Positions 21,819 to 31,512 of a stretch of DNA of 32,000 nucleotides are shown here, one piece after another (the first letter of the stretch is position 1; each line of letters opens with the position of its first letter). Under the pieces are notes generated by a model. That model was not told the origin of the DNA, searched no databases, and saw nothing but the letters and a program-made list of their open reading frames with translations. A program made the translations under genes and the position numbers. Source of the stretch: Candidatus Annandia pinicola (lineage in GTDB: Bacteria; Pseudomonadota; Gammaproteobacteria; Enterobacterales; Enterobacteriaceae_A); contig NZ_CP045876.1 of NCBI RefSeq assembly GCF_020541245.1, positions 30,001 to 62,000 on the forward strand. The letters are read 5' to 3'.

Positions 21819-22088
21819 GTGAATATTAATAAAAAATATATTATCGAAATAATTAAAAAATATGGAAAAAAAAAAAAAGATAGTGGATCTACAAAAGTTC
21901 AAATAGCTATTTTTACTTATAGTATTAATTATTTACATAAACATTTTATAAAAAATCGTAAAGATTATCATAGTAAAATAGGTTTATTAAAAATGGTTTC
22001 AAAAAGAAGAAAACTACTTAATTATTTACAAAAAATAAATAAGAATGATTATATTAATTTAATAAAAAACTTAAAATTACGTAGGTAA
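21819..22088 (+). CDS. rpsO: 30S ribosomal protein S15 (GTG start)
   Basis: 89 aa, the same length as E. coli S15. DSGST.VQIA..T..IN.L..HF...K.D.HS..GLL.MVS.RRKLL.YL and a C-terminal LRR are present. AAGG lies upstream of the GTG. Confidence 0.95.
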   Translation: MNINKKYIIEIIKKYGKKKKDSGSTKVQIAIFTYSINYLHKHFIKNRKDYHSKIGLLKMVSKRRKLLNYLQKINKNDYINLIKNLKLRR

Positions 22089-22204
22089 TAAATTTTAAAA
22101 TTATTTTTTTTTATAAAATTTAAAAATTTCAAATTTATATAAATTAAAACTTTATAAAATAAATTAATTTAAAAAATATAAAAAAATAATTAATGATATG
22201 TTTT

Positions 22205-22209
22205 AAGGA
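22205..22209 (+). promoter_or_regulatory. Shine-Dalgarno (AAGGA) for the TTG start of pnp
   Basis: AAGGA at 22205-22209 lies 7 nt upstream of the in-frame TTG at 22217. It falls inside the ORF-track version of the gene, which starts at ATG 22193. Confidence 0.55.
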
Positions 22210-22216
22210 AAACAAT

Positions 22217-24343
22217 TTGTTTAACTATTTTTTTCATAGATTTAAATATGGTAAATATATTGTATCTATTGAAAACGGTTTTATAGCCCGTAAAACTACA
22301 TCATCTGTTTTAATAAATATGAATAATACTATAATTTTAGTAAATGTTGTATGTAAAAAAAATAAATCATTTCAAAATGATTTTTTTCCTCTTAATATAC
22401 AATATCAAGAAAGATCATATTCTGCAGGAAAAATCCCAGGAAATTTTTTTCGTAGAGAAGGTAGACCTAGTGAAAATGAAATTTTAATATCTAGATTAAT
22501 AGATAGATCTGTTCGTCCTTTATTCCCTACAAATTTTTTACATGAAATTCAAGTTATTGCTACATTAATTTCTTTAAATCCTGAAGTTAATCCAGATATT
22601 GTAGCTATTATAGGAGTATCTACAGCATTAAGTATATCAGGAATACATTTCAAAGGTCCTGTAGCTTCCTCTAGAGTAGGTATTATTAATAATAGTTTTG
22701 TCCTTAATCCTAATATTTCTGATATGAAAAAAACAAATTTAGATTTAATAGTATCAAGTGTTAAAGATGAAATATTAATGATTGAAGCTAAAGCTAATAT
22801 ATTAAATGAAAAAAAAATGTTAGAAGCAATAGATTTTGGATGTAAAACACACTATGAATTAATTAATAACATAAATATATTTATGAATAAAACTAATAAA
22901 TATAATTCTATTTCATATAATTGTGTAAAAAAAGATATAAAATTATTAAATAATATTAGAAAATTATTTGAAAAAAGGGTTATACAAGTATATTTATTTA
23001 GAAATAGAGAAAATATTTATGAAAAAATTAAAATTATTAAAGAAGAAATTTCTGAAATTTTATTAAAAAAATTTAATAAATATAGTGAAACTAAAATAAA
23101 TTTTGTTATAAAAAAAGTTGAAAAAGAATTATTAAAGTATTTAATATTTAATAGTAGATCTAGAATTGATAATAGAAAAAATGATAGTATAAGGCCTTTA
23201 CATATGGGTGTAAACTTTACTCCTAATACACATGGTTCTTCTTTTTTTACTAGAGGTAAAACACAAGCTATTGTATTTATAACTTTGGGTACTTCGAGAG
23301 ATGCTCAAAATAGAGATGAATTATATGGTAAAAAAGGAAGCAATAGTTTTTTATTTCATTATAATTTTCCACCATATGCAGTTGGTGAAATAGGTATTTT
23401 AGGTGTACCTAAGAGAAGAGAAATTGGTCATGGTAATTTAGCAAGAAAAAGCTTTTTATATTTAATGCCAAGTTTAGAAATATTTCCATATACTGTTAGA
23501 GTAGTTTCAGAAATAACTGAATCTGATGGATCATCATCAATGGCTTCAGTATGTGGGGCTTCATTGGCTTTAATGGACGCAGGGGTTCCTATAAAAAAAG
23601 CTGTTGCAGGAGTTGCCATGGGTTTAATTAAAATTAAAAATAAATATGTTATTTTAACTGATATATCAGGATATGAAGATAATATTGGAGATATGGATTT
23701 TAAATCTGCAGGAACTATGAATGGAATAACTTCTTTACAAATGGATATTAAAAATAAAGGAATTAATTTAAAAATTTTAAAAATAATTTTAGAAAAAGCA
23801 AAAAAAGCTCGTATAAAAATATTAAATTTTATGAATAAAATTATAAAAAAACATCGTAAAAAAATTTCTAAAAATGCACCTCATATATATAAATTTGAAA
23901 TTAATCCAAAAAAAATAAAAGATATTATAGGTAAAGGTGGTTCAGTTATAAAAAAAATAACAGAAACTACAGATACTCAAATAGATATAGAAAACAATGG
24001 AATAATAAGAATATCCTCTTCTAATAGCAAAAAAGCAAAAAAAGCTATAGTTTTTATAAAAAAAATAGTTTCTGATATAAAAATTAATAATATTTATTGT
24101 GGTACTGTTACTAAAATAGTTAATTTTGGAGCATTTGTTTTAATTAATGATAAACAAAAAGAAGGTTTAGTTCATATATCTCATATTATTAATAAAAGAA
24201 TAAATAAAGTAAAAGATTATTTAAAAATAGGTCAAAAAATATATGTTAAAGTTTTAGATATAGATAGACAAGGAAAAATAAGATTAAGTATAAAAGAAGC
24301 TAAAGAAGAAAATTTATTAAATAAAATTATATTACCTGATTAA
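22217..24343 (+). CDS. pnp: Polyribonucleotide nucleotidyltransferase (PNPase); start proposed at TTG 22217, while the longest ORF starts at ATG 22193
   Basis: It has two RNase PH domains (FFPL...YQER.Y.AGKIPG.FFRREGRPSE, SDGSSSMASVCG.SLALMDAGVP, GDMDFK.AGT) plus KH (IGKGGS.IK.I) and S1 (G.V..IV.FGAFV) domains. From the TTG the N-terminus (M)FNYFFHRFKYG aligns residue for residue with E. coli MLNPIVRKFQYG. Confidence 0.97.
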   Translation: MFNYFFHRFKYGKYIVSIENGFIARKTTSSVLINMNNTIILVNVVCKKNKSFQNDFFPLNIQYQERSYSAGKIPGNFFRREGRPSENEILISRLIDRSVRPLFPTNFLHEIQVIATLISLNPEVNPDIVAIIGVSTALSISGIHFKGPVASSRVGIINNSFVLNPNISDMKKTNLDLIVSSVKDEILMIEAKANILNEKKMLEAIDFGCKTHYELINNINIFMNKTNKYNSISYNCVKKDIKLLNNIRKLFEKRVIQVYLFRNRENIYEKIKIIKEEISEILLKKFNKYSETKINFVIKKVEKELLKYLIFNSRSRIDNRKNDSIRPLHMGVNFTPNTHGSSFFTRGKTQAIVFITLGTSRDAQNRDELYGKKGSNSFLFHYNFPPYAVGEIGILGVPKRREIGHGNLARKSFLYLMPSLEIFPYTVRVVSEITESDGSSSMASVCGASLALMDAGVPIKKAVAGVAMGLIKIKNKYVILTDISGYEDNIGDMDFKSAGTMNGITSLQMDIKNKGINLKILKIILEKAKKARIKILNFMNKIIKKHRKKISKNAPHIYKFEINPKKIKDIIGKGGSVIKKITETTDTQIDIENNGIIRISSSNSKKAKKAIVFIKKIVSDIKINNIYCGTVTKIVNFGAFVLINDKQKEGLVHISHIINKRINKVKDYLKIGQKIYVKVLDIDRQGKIRLSIKEAKEENLLNKIILPD

Positions 24344-24383
24344 TTTTTTTTTTTTAATAAAAAAAAATAAGTAAAATTATTGA

Positions 24384-24431
24384 AATTATACAATTATAAT
24401 TATTTTTTTTTTTTTATTTTTTTTTTTTTTT
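24384..24431 (+). terminator. Weak A/T-only hairpin followed by T13 and T15 runs downstream of pnp (possible intrinsic terminator)
   Basis: AATTATA (24384-24390), CAAT, TATAATT (24395-24401) form a 7-bp stem. It is followed by A, T13 (24403-24415), A, T15 (24417-24431). The layout resembles a terminator, but the stem has no G/C pairs. Confidence 0.3.
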
Positions 24432-24494
24432 AATATTTAATTATTTAATTTTATTTTAGTTTAATAAATTTTTTATTATTTAAAAAAAAAAAAA

Positions 24495-25901
24495 ATGAGT
24501 ATTAAAATAAAAAAATTTTATAATATTGGTATAAAAAATAAAATTTTAAATTCATTAAATAATATTGGATATTATAAACCATCATTAATTCAATCAAAGT
24601 GTATACCATATTTATTAGATGGTTATGATATTTTAGGTACAGCACAAACTGGTAGTGGCAAAACCGCAGCTTTTGCATTACCATTAATTCAAAAAATAAA
24701 TTTAAAAAAAAAAAAACCACAAGTATTAATATTAACACCTACAAGAGAATTAGCTATACAAATTTCAGTATTTTTTAAATCATTTTCTAAATATATACAT
24801 AAAATTAAAATTTTAGCATTATATGGAGGACAAAATTACGATATACAATTAAAAAAATTAAAAAATAAGCCCCAAATAATAGTAGGAACTCCAGGAAGGT
24901 TATTAGACCATTTAAAAAGAAGAACATTAAATTTATCTAAAATAAATAGTTTAGTATTAGATGAAGCTGATGAAATGTTAAGAATGGGTTTTATTGAAGA
25001 TGTAAAACTAATATTATCTAAAATACCATATATACATCAAACTTCTTTATTTTCAGCAACTATGCCAAAAGCTATAAAAAAAATAGCTAAATATTTTATG
25101 AGGTTTCCTAAAGAAATTAAAATTAAATCAAATATTAAAAATAGACCTAATATTAATCAAAATTACTGTGAATCAAATAGTAATAAATTTAATACTTTAG
25201 TTAAATTTTTAGAAATTGAAGAATATAATGCAGTAATTATATTTGTAAAAACTAAGTATTCTACTATAGAAATTGCAGATAATTTAAAACACAGTGGTTA
25301 TTATAATAGCGCTGCATTAAATGGAGATATGAATCAAAATATAAGAGAAATGACATTAAAAAGATTTAAATCTGGTTATTTAGATATTTTAGTTGCAACA
25401 GATATTGCTGCAAGAGGTTTAGATATAGATCGTGTTAATTTAGTTATTAATTATGATATTCCAATGGATGTAGAATCTTATATACATAGAATAGGAAGAA
25501 CTGGTAGAGCTGGACGTTATGGTAAATCTTTATCATTAATAAAAAAAAGTGAGTATACAATATTAAAAAATATAAAAAAAAAAACTAAAACAAATATAAA
25601 TAAAATATTAATTCCTAATGATAATTCAATTAGTAAAAAACGTCAACTTTATTTTATCCAAAAAATAAATAAAAAATTACTAAATAAAAATTTATATAAA
25701 TATAAAAAATTTTTTTTATCGATAAAAAAATATTATTTAGATAAATTAATAAATATAAAAAATATAAAATATATAATATTAAAAATTTCAGAAAACAAAA
25801 AAAAACTAGTTATTTCTTCTAAAAATATACCTATTTTAAATAATAAATATAATTATATTAAATCATTAAAATATAATTATAAATATAAATCAAATAAATA
25901 A
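24495..25901 (+). CDS. deaD: ATP-dependent DEAD-box RNA helicase DeaD/CsdA, C-terminally shortened
   Basis: 468 aa versus about 629 in E. coli. The N-terminus MSIKIKKFYNIGIK aligns with MAEFETTFADLGLK. The Q motif (PS.IQ), AQTGSGKTAAF, PTRELA, TPGRLLDH, VLDEADEML, SAT and HRIGRTGRAG are all present. The RNA-binding domain and RG-rich tail are absent, replaced by a K/N/I/Y-rich tail. Confidence 0.95.
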   Translation: MSIKIKKFYNIGIKNKILNSLNNIGYYKPSLIQSKCIPYLLDGYDILGTAQTGSGKTAAFALPLIQKINLKKKKPQVLILTPTRELAIQISVFFKSFSKYIHKIKILALYGGQNYDIQLKKLKNKPQIIVGTPGRLLDHLKRRTLNLSKINSLVLDEADEMLRMGFIEDVKLILSKIPYIHQTSLFSATMPKAIKKIAKYFMRFPKEIKIKSNIKNRPNINQNYCESNSNKFNTLVKFLEIEEYNAVIIFVKTKYSTIEIADNLKHSGYYNSAALNGDMNQNIREMTLKRFKSGYLDILVATDIAARGLDIDRVNLVINYDIPMDVESYIHRIGRTGRAGRYGKSLSLIKKSEYTILKNIKKKTKTNINKILIPNDNSISKKRQLYFIQKINKKLLNKNLYKYKKFFLSIKKYYLDKLINIKNIKYIILKISENKKKLVISSKNIPILNNKYNYIKSLKYNYKYKSNK

Positions 25902-25910
25902 ATATCAATA

Positions 25911-26960
25911 TTAATTATACATATAATTTTTATTTTTAAGTATATCATTATTTTTACACAAAGTAGATATCAATAGTGATTTTATTGTGTGTAATCTATT
26001 TTCTGACTGTTGAAAAACTAAACTTTTTTTTGATTCAAAAACATTATTAGTAACTTCAATTCCTTTTGAATTTAAATTATATTTATTAATAATTTTATTT
26101 CCAAGGATTGTTTTTCTATCATGAAAAGATGGCAGGCAGTGAAGAAATTTGATTTTTGGATTAAAAGATTTTTTTAACATTGATAAGTTTACTTGATATT
26201 TTTTTAATTGAAGTATTCTCTGACACCATTTTTTTTCAGATTCACCCATTGACAACCATACATCTGTATATATAAAATCTGTATTTTTTATACCCAATTC
26301 TATATTTTCAGTAATTGTAATTTTACCACCGTTATATTCAGAAATTTCTTTACAAATATTAAAAAATTTTTTTTTAGGGTAATATTTTTTTGGAGATATT
26401 AATCTTAAATCAAAACCAAAAATTGCTGCAGCTTCTAACATAGAATTACTTATATTATTTTGTGCATCGCCTATATATGATATAATAATTTCATTAAAAT
26501 ATTTTCCTGATGGCATATTTTCTTTAATAGTCATTAAGTCTGCTAATAATTGTGTAGGATGAAAATCATTAGTTAAACCATTCCATACTGGTACATTAGA
26601 ATAATTAGCCAATTCTTCTATAACACTTTGATCATATCCACGATATTGTATACCATGATAAATTTTGTCTAAAACTCTTGCTGTATCTTTAATTGATTCT
26701 TTATATCCAATTTGACTATTTTTAGAATTTAAATTAGTAATAAAAGCACCTTGATCATAAGCTGCTACTTCAAAAGAACACCTTGTTCTAGTAGATTCTT
26801 TTTCAAAAATTAAAGCTATATTTTTATTAACTAGTTTTTTATCCTCTATATTTTTTTTTTTTTTTTTTTTTAATATAGAAGCTAATTCTATCAAATAAAT
26901 AATTTCTTTTGCATTAAAATCAAATAACCTTAAAAAATCTTTTTTATATATAGTTTTCAT
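25911..26960 (-). CDS. argI: Ornithine carbamoyltransferase
   Basis: 349 aa, strongly collinear with E. coli ArgI: NIALIFEKESTRTRCSFEVAAYDQGA, SQIGYKESIKDTARVL, GIQYRGY, VPVWNGLTNDFHPTQLLADL, DVW.SMGE, FLHCLPSFHD and ENR.HTIK. AGGA lies 5 nt upstream of the ATG. Confidence 0.97.
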   Translation of the reverse strand: MKTIYKKDFLRLFDFNAKEIIYLIELASILKKKKKKNIEDKKLVNKNIALIFEKESTRTRCSFEVAAYDQGAFITNLNSKNSQIGYKESIKDTARVLDKIYHGIQYRGYDQSVIEELANYSNVPVWNGLTNDFHPTQLLADLMTIKENMPSGKYFNEIIISYIGDAQNNISNSMLEAAAIFGFDLRLISPKKYYPKKKFFNICKEISEYNGGKITITENIELGIKNTDFIYTDVWLSMGESEKKWCQRILQLKKYQVNLSMLKKSFNPKIKFLHCLPSFHDRKTILGNKIINKYNLNSKGIEVTNNVFESKKSLVFQQSENRLHTIKSLLISTLCKNNDILKNKNYMYN

Positions 26961-27018
26961 ATATTCCTATTATATTAAAAAAATAAATATTTTTATTAAT
27001 ATTATTTAATTAATTATA

Positions 27019-29853
27019 TTATTTTTTTTTATTAAATTTATTTATTATTTTTTTACAAATCAATAAACGTTTTTTATTTTTATTAATTATTTTTTTAGGG
27101 GCTTTAATAATAAAATTTTTGTTATTTAATTGTTTTTCTAAATAAATAATTTCTTTAAAAATATTATCTTTATTTTTTTTTAGTTTTTTTGATTCATAAT
27201 TTTTATTTATTTTATTATTTATATTAATTATAATTTTTGTTGTATCAATTATTCTTGTAATATATTTATTAATTTTTATATCTTTAGATAAATAAATTAT
27301 TTTATTTAAATTCAAAATAATTTTTAAAATATTTTCGTTTTTATATAAAAATAATAAATTTTTTTTATCATATAAAAATATTGTAATTTTTTTTTTTTTT
27401 GAAATTTTATATTCATAACGTAAATTACGAACTTCAATTATAATATTTTTTAATATTTTTATTTGTTTTAATATTAAAAAATTTACTTTTTTTTTATTAT
27501 ATTTAGGAAATTTTTGTAACATAATTGTTTCATTTTTAATATTTTTTAATAACATTATTCTTTGCCATATTTCTTCTGTAATAAATGGTATTATTGGATG
27601 AGCTAATTTTAAAATTATTTCTAAAACATTAATTAGTGTATATCTTGTATTATATTTTTCTAATTTAGAACCATATTTTAATATTGGTTTTATAAATTCT
27701 AAATACCAATCACAAAATTCATTCCAAATAAAATTATATAAATAATTAGATGCTAAATCAAAACGATAAATATTTAAACTATTACTATAATTTTTTATTA
27801 AATTATTTAATTCAATTAATATCCAATCATTAAATTGATAAAATAATTTTATATTTTTATTATTATAATTATAATTTTTATTTTTTGTATTAATTATAAC
27901 AAAACGACTAGCGTTCCATAATTTATTACAAAAATTTCTATAACCTAATATACGATTTGTATTTAAATTTATATTTCTACTTGTTGATGATATAGAAGAT
28001 AAAGTAAATCTTAATGCATCAGCTCCTGAAGATTTTATACCATTTGGAAATTCTTTTTTAGTTTTATGAATAATTTTTTTAATTAAATCAGTTTTTATTA
28101 TATTTTCTGTTCTTTTTTTTATAAGTTTTTCTAAATTAATACCATCTATAATGTCTATTGGGTCAATAATGTTACCTTTAAATTTAGACATTTTATTTCC
28201 ATTTTCATCTTTAACTAATCCAGTAATATATATTTTTTTAAAAGGGATTTGTGATTTACCATCATTATTTTTAATAAAATACATTGTTAACATTATCATT
28301 CTAGCTACCCAAAAAAATATAATATCAAAACCAGTTACTAAAATATCAGTAGGATGAAATTTTTTTAAATAATTATTTTTATTAGGCCACCCTAAAGAAG
28401 CAAATGTCCATAAACCAGATGAAAACCAAGTATCTAATACATCTTTATCTTGAAATAATTTAATATTATTTGATATATTATATTTAATTCTTATTTCTTT
28501 TTCATTATTTCCAACATATATTTTATTATTTAAATTATACCATGCAGGAATACGATGTCCCCATAATAATTGTCTTGAAATACACCAATCTTTTATATTA
28601 TACATCCAAGAATAATACATATTTTTATATTTATTTGGAATAAATTTTATTTCATTATTTTCTACTATTTTAATAGCTTTTTTAGATAAAAGAGATGTTT
28701 TAATATACCATTGATTTGTTATCATTGGTTCTATGATTGTATTACTTCTATCTCCAAAAGGTATAAAAATTTTTTTTTCAACAGTTTTTTTTAATAATTT
28801 TAAATTTTTAATTTCATTAATAATTTTTTTTCTTGCAACAAATCTATCAATATTTTGAAATTTTTTTGGTATTACAAAATTTTTTAAATTAATTTTATTA
28901 TTATAATTATTATAAATAATTACTTTATTTCTAATAATACCTTTTTTATTTAATACACTAACTATTGGTAATTTATTTTTTATACCTATTTCATAATCAT
29001 TAAAATCATGTGCTGGTGTTATTTTTACACATCCAGTATGTTTATTAATATTTATAGAATTATCACTAATTATAGGAATAGTTCTATTTATTATTGGTAA
29101 TATTACTTTACTTCCAATTAAATTTTTATATCTATTATCTTTTGGATTAACAGCAACAGCAACATCTCCTAACAAAGTTTCTGGTCTTGTTGTAGCAACA
29201 ATTAAATATTTTTTATTATTTTTAGTTTTTATATTATCATTTAAAAAATATTTAATATACCATATAAAACCATAAATTTCCTTATTCTCTATTTCTAAAT
29301 CAGATATTGCAGTATTTAATTTAATATCCCAATTTACTAAACGTTTTCCTCTATATATTAAATTATTATTATATAAATCAATAAAGGCTTTTTTTACAGA
29401 TAATGAAAAATCATCATCCATAGTAAATCTATAATTTTCCCAATCTATAGAATTACCTAATCTTTTTATTTGTCTAATAATATTTTTACTTGAATAAATT
29501 TTCCATTCTAATATTTTTTTAATTAAATATTTTTTATTATAATCATTTTTATTATATCCTTTTTCTTTTTTAATTTTATTTTCTACTAATAATTGAGTAG
29601 CTATACCTGCATGATCTAATCCAGCTTTCCATAAAACATTTTTACCTTTCATTCTTTTATATCTTATAATAATATCCATTATAGTTTGTTGAAATGCGTG
29701 TCCCATATGTAAATTACCAGTAATATTTGGAGGTGGCATCATAATACAAAAATTATTTTTATTACAATTCATATCAGTTTTAAAATAACCATTAGATTCC
29801 CAATTTTTATAAATATATTTTTCTATATTTTTAGGTTGATATATTTTATCCAT
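27019..29853 (-). CDS. valS: Valine--tRNA ligase
   Basis: 944 aa. The class I motifs PPPNITGNLHMGHAF (HIGH) and KMSKFKGN (KMSKS), the editing-domain blocks (ATTRPETLLGD, TPAHD.ND) and the C-terminal coiled-coil tail are present. Confidence 0.98.
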   Translation of the reverse strand: MDKIYQPKNIEKYIYKNWESNGYFKTDMNCNKNNFCIMMPPPNITGNLHMGHAFQQTIMDIIIRYKRMKGKNVLWKAGLDHAGIATQLLVENKIKKEKGYNKNDYNKKYLIKKILEWKIYSSKNIIRQIKRLGNSIDWENYRFTMDDDFSLSVKKAFIDLYNNNLIYRGKRLVNWDIKLNTAISDLEIENKEIYGFIWYIKYFLNDNIKTKNNKKYLIVATTRPETLLGDVAVAVNPKDNRYKNLIGSKVILPIINRTIPIISDNSININKHTGCVKITPAHDFNDYEIGIKNKLPIVSVLNKKGIIRNKVIIYNNYNNKINLKNFVIPKKFQNIDRFVARKKIINEIKNLKLLKKTVEKKIFIPFGDRSNTIIEPMITNQWYIKTSLLSKKAIKIVENNEIKFIPNKYKNMYYSWMYNIKDWCISRQLLWGHRIPAWYNLNNKIYVGNNEKEIRIKYNISNNIKLFQDKDVLDTWFSSGLWTFASLGWPNKNNYLKKFHPTDILVTGFDIIFFWVARMIMLTMYFIKNNDGKSQIPFKKIYITGLVKDENGNKMSKFKGNIIDPIDIIDGINLEKLIKKRTENIIKTDLIKKIIHKTKKEFPNGIKSSGADALRFTLSSISSTSRNINLNTNRILGYRNFCNKLWNASRFVIINTKNKNYNYNNKNIKLFYQFNDWILIELNNLIKNYSNSLNIYRFDLASNYLYNFIWNEFCDWYLEFIKPILKYGSKLEKYNTRYTLINVLEIILKLAHPIIPFITEEIWQRIMLLKNIKNETIMLQKFPKYNKKKVNFLILKQIKILKNIIIEVRNLRYEYKISKKKKITIFLYDKKNLLFLYKNENILKIILNLNKIIYLSKDIKINKYITRIIDTTKIIININNKINKNYESKKLKKNKDNIFKEIIYLEKQLNNKNFIIKAPKKIINKNKKRLLICKKIINKFNKKK

Positions 29854-29918
29854 AATTTATTTTTTTATTTTAATTTTTTTCATATATTATTTTAAAAAAA
29901 ATATATTAAAATAATTTT

Positions 29919-31427
29919 TTATTTTAATGATATATTCATTTTAGATTTTTTTAATAAAAATTGTATTAATAAATATAAAGGTCTTCCAGTAGCACCCATA
30001 CTTTTATAACTATAAGATGTTCCAGCAATATCTAAATGAGCCCATATATATTTTTTTGTAAAATATGATAAAAAACAAGCAGCATAAATTGCTCCTCCTG
30101 AATTATCATTAGCTACATTAACTATATCAGCAAAATTTGAATTTAATCTTTTTTTATATTCATTTTTAATTGGTAATAACCAAGTGTGGTCTCCAGAAAT
30201 TTTTGCAGCATTTAATAATTCTTTTATTAAAATACTATTATTAGACATTAATCCATTAATTTCATCACCTAATGCAACAACACAGGCTCCTGTTAAAGTT
30301 GCTATATCAATTACTATTTCAGGATTAAATCTTTTAATATAAGTAAATACATCACATAAAACTATTCTTCCTTCAGCATCGGTATTAATAATTTCTACAT
30401 TTATACCAGACATACTTTCTATTATATCACCAGGACGATAAGAATTTCCTCCTGTCATATTTTCACAACAAGCTAATACCCCAATTACATTTAATGGTAA
30501 ATTTAATTTTGCTATTATAATCATCAATCCATAAACAACTGATGCTCCACACATATCATATTTCATTTTATCCATCTTGTTAGAACCTTTAATAGATATT
30601 CCACCTGAATCAAAAGTTAAACCTTTACCTATAAATATTATTGGCTTTTCATCATAATTTTTATGATTATTATACTTTATTATAGACATTAAAGATTCAT
30701 TTTCTGATTCTCTACCTACGGCTAAATAAGCATTCATACCTAATTTTTTCATATCCTTTTCATTAATATCAAAAACTTTAATTTTTTTTGGAAAAATATC
30801 TTGAAGTCTATAAGATCTCATAGATAAATAAGCAGAATTACATATATTAGAAGGTAAATTACCAATATCTTTAACTATTTTAATACCACTAGAAATTGCC
30901 ATTGCTTGTTTTATTGCTATATTTACTAAGTTAATATCATATTTTTTATCTATATAAAAAATAATTTTATTTATATTAAAAAAATTTTTATTATTTTTTA
31001 ATTTATTAAAAATATACAATTTATCTTCTATTATTTCTATTGCTTTTCTTATTTTCCAATAAATATTTAAATTATAAACATTTAATTCTGTAAAAAAAAA
31101 ATTTATTTTTTTTATATTTGTATTTTTTATTATTTCAATACTATTGTTAACAATATTTAAATAATTATTAACATTAAAATATTTTTTTTTACCGCATCCT
31201 ATTATTAATAAATATTTATATTTAATATTTGGAACGTTATATAATAATAAAAATTCATTAATTTTTCCATATATTTCATTATAATTAATTGCAGATAAAA
31301 TATAATTATTACTCGTTATATTTAATTTATTACCAATAAAAGATAATTTTTTATTTTCAAATATAGATATTAATGCACATGTACTAGTTTCTTTATCCAA
31401 AATATCATGATTTAATGTAAATTGCAT
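29919..31427 (-). CDS. pepA: Leucyl (cytosol) aminopeptidase PepA
   Basis: 502 aa. The M17 catalytic domain is present: GKGLTFDSGGISIK, MKYDMCGA, NTDAEGR.VL and LDIAGT. AAGGA lies 6 nt upstream of the ATG. It sits upstream of valS on the same strand, as in the E. coli pepA-holC-valS arrangement. Confidence 0.96.
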   Translation of the reverse strand: MQFTLNHDILDKETSTCALISIFENKKLSFIGNKLNITSNNYILSAINYNEIYGKINEFLLLYNVPNIKYKYLLIIGCGKKKYFNVNNYLNIVNNSIEIIKNTNIKKINFFFTELNVYNLNIYWKIRKAIEIIEDKLYIFNKLKNNKNFFNINKIIFYIDKKYDINLVNIAIKQAMAISSGIKIVKDIGNLPSNICNSAYLSMRSYRLQDIFPKKIKVFDINEKDMKKLGMNAYLAVGRESENESLMSIIKYNNHKNYDEKPIIFIGKGLTFDSGGISIKGSNKMDKMKYDMCGASVVYGLMIIIAKLNLPLNVIGVLACCENMTGGNSYRPGDIIESMSGINVEIINTDAEGRIVLCDVFTYIKRFNPEIVIDIATLTGACVVALGDEINGLMSNNSILIKELLNAAKISGDHTWLLPIKNEYKKRLNSNFADIVNVANDNSGGAIYAACFLSYFTKKYIWAHLDIAGTSYSYKSMGATGRPLYLLIQFLLKKSKMNISLK

Positions 31428-31512
31428 AAATATCCTTAAAATTTTAATATTAATTTTAAAATTATATATTATAAAATAATTTAAAAATATAAATTATTTT
31501 AAAGGAAATTAA

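Noticed and set aside
22089-22216. A/T-only quasi-palindromes (for example AAATTTTAAAATT...AAAATTTAAAAATTT) in the rpsO-pnp spacer as the equivalent of the E. coli RNase III-processed pnp leader hairpin
   Set aside because: The arms are imperfect and consist only of A/T low-complexity sequence, which produces such pseudo-palindromes by chance throughout the spacers. I cannot distinguish signal from background by eye.
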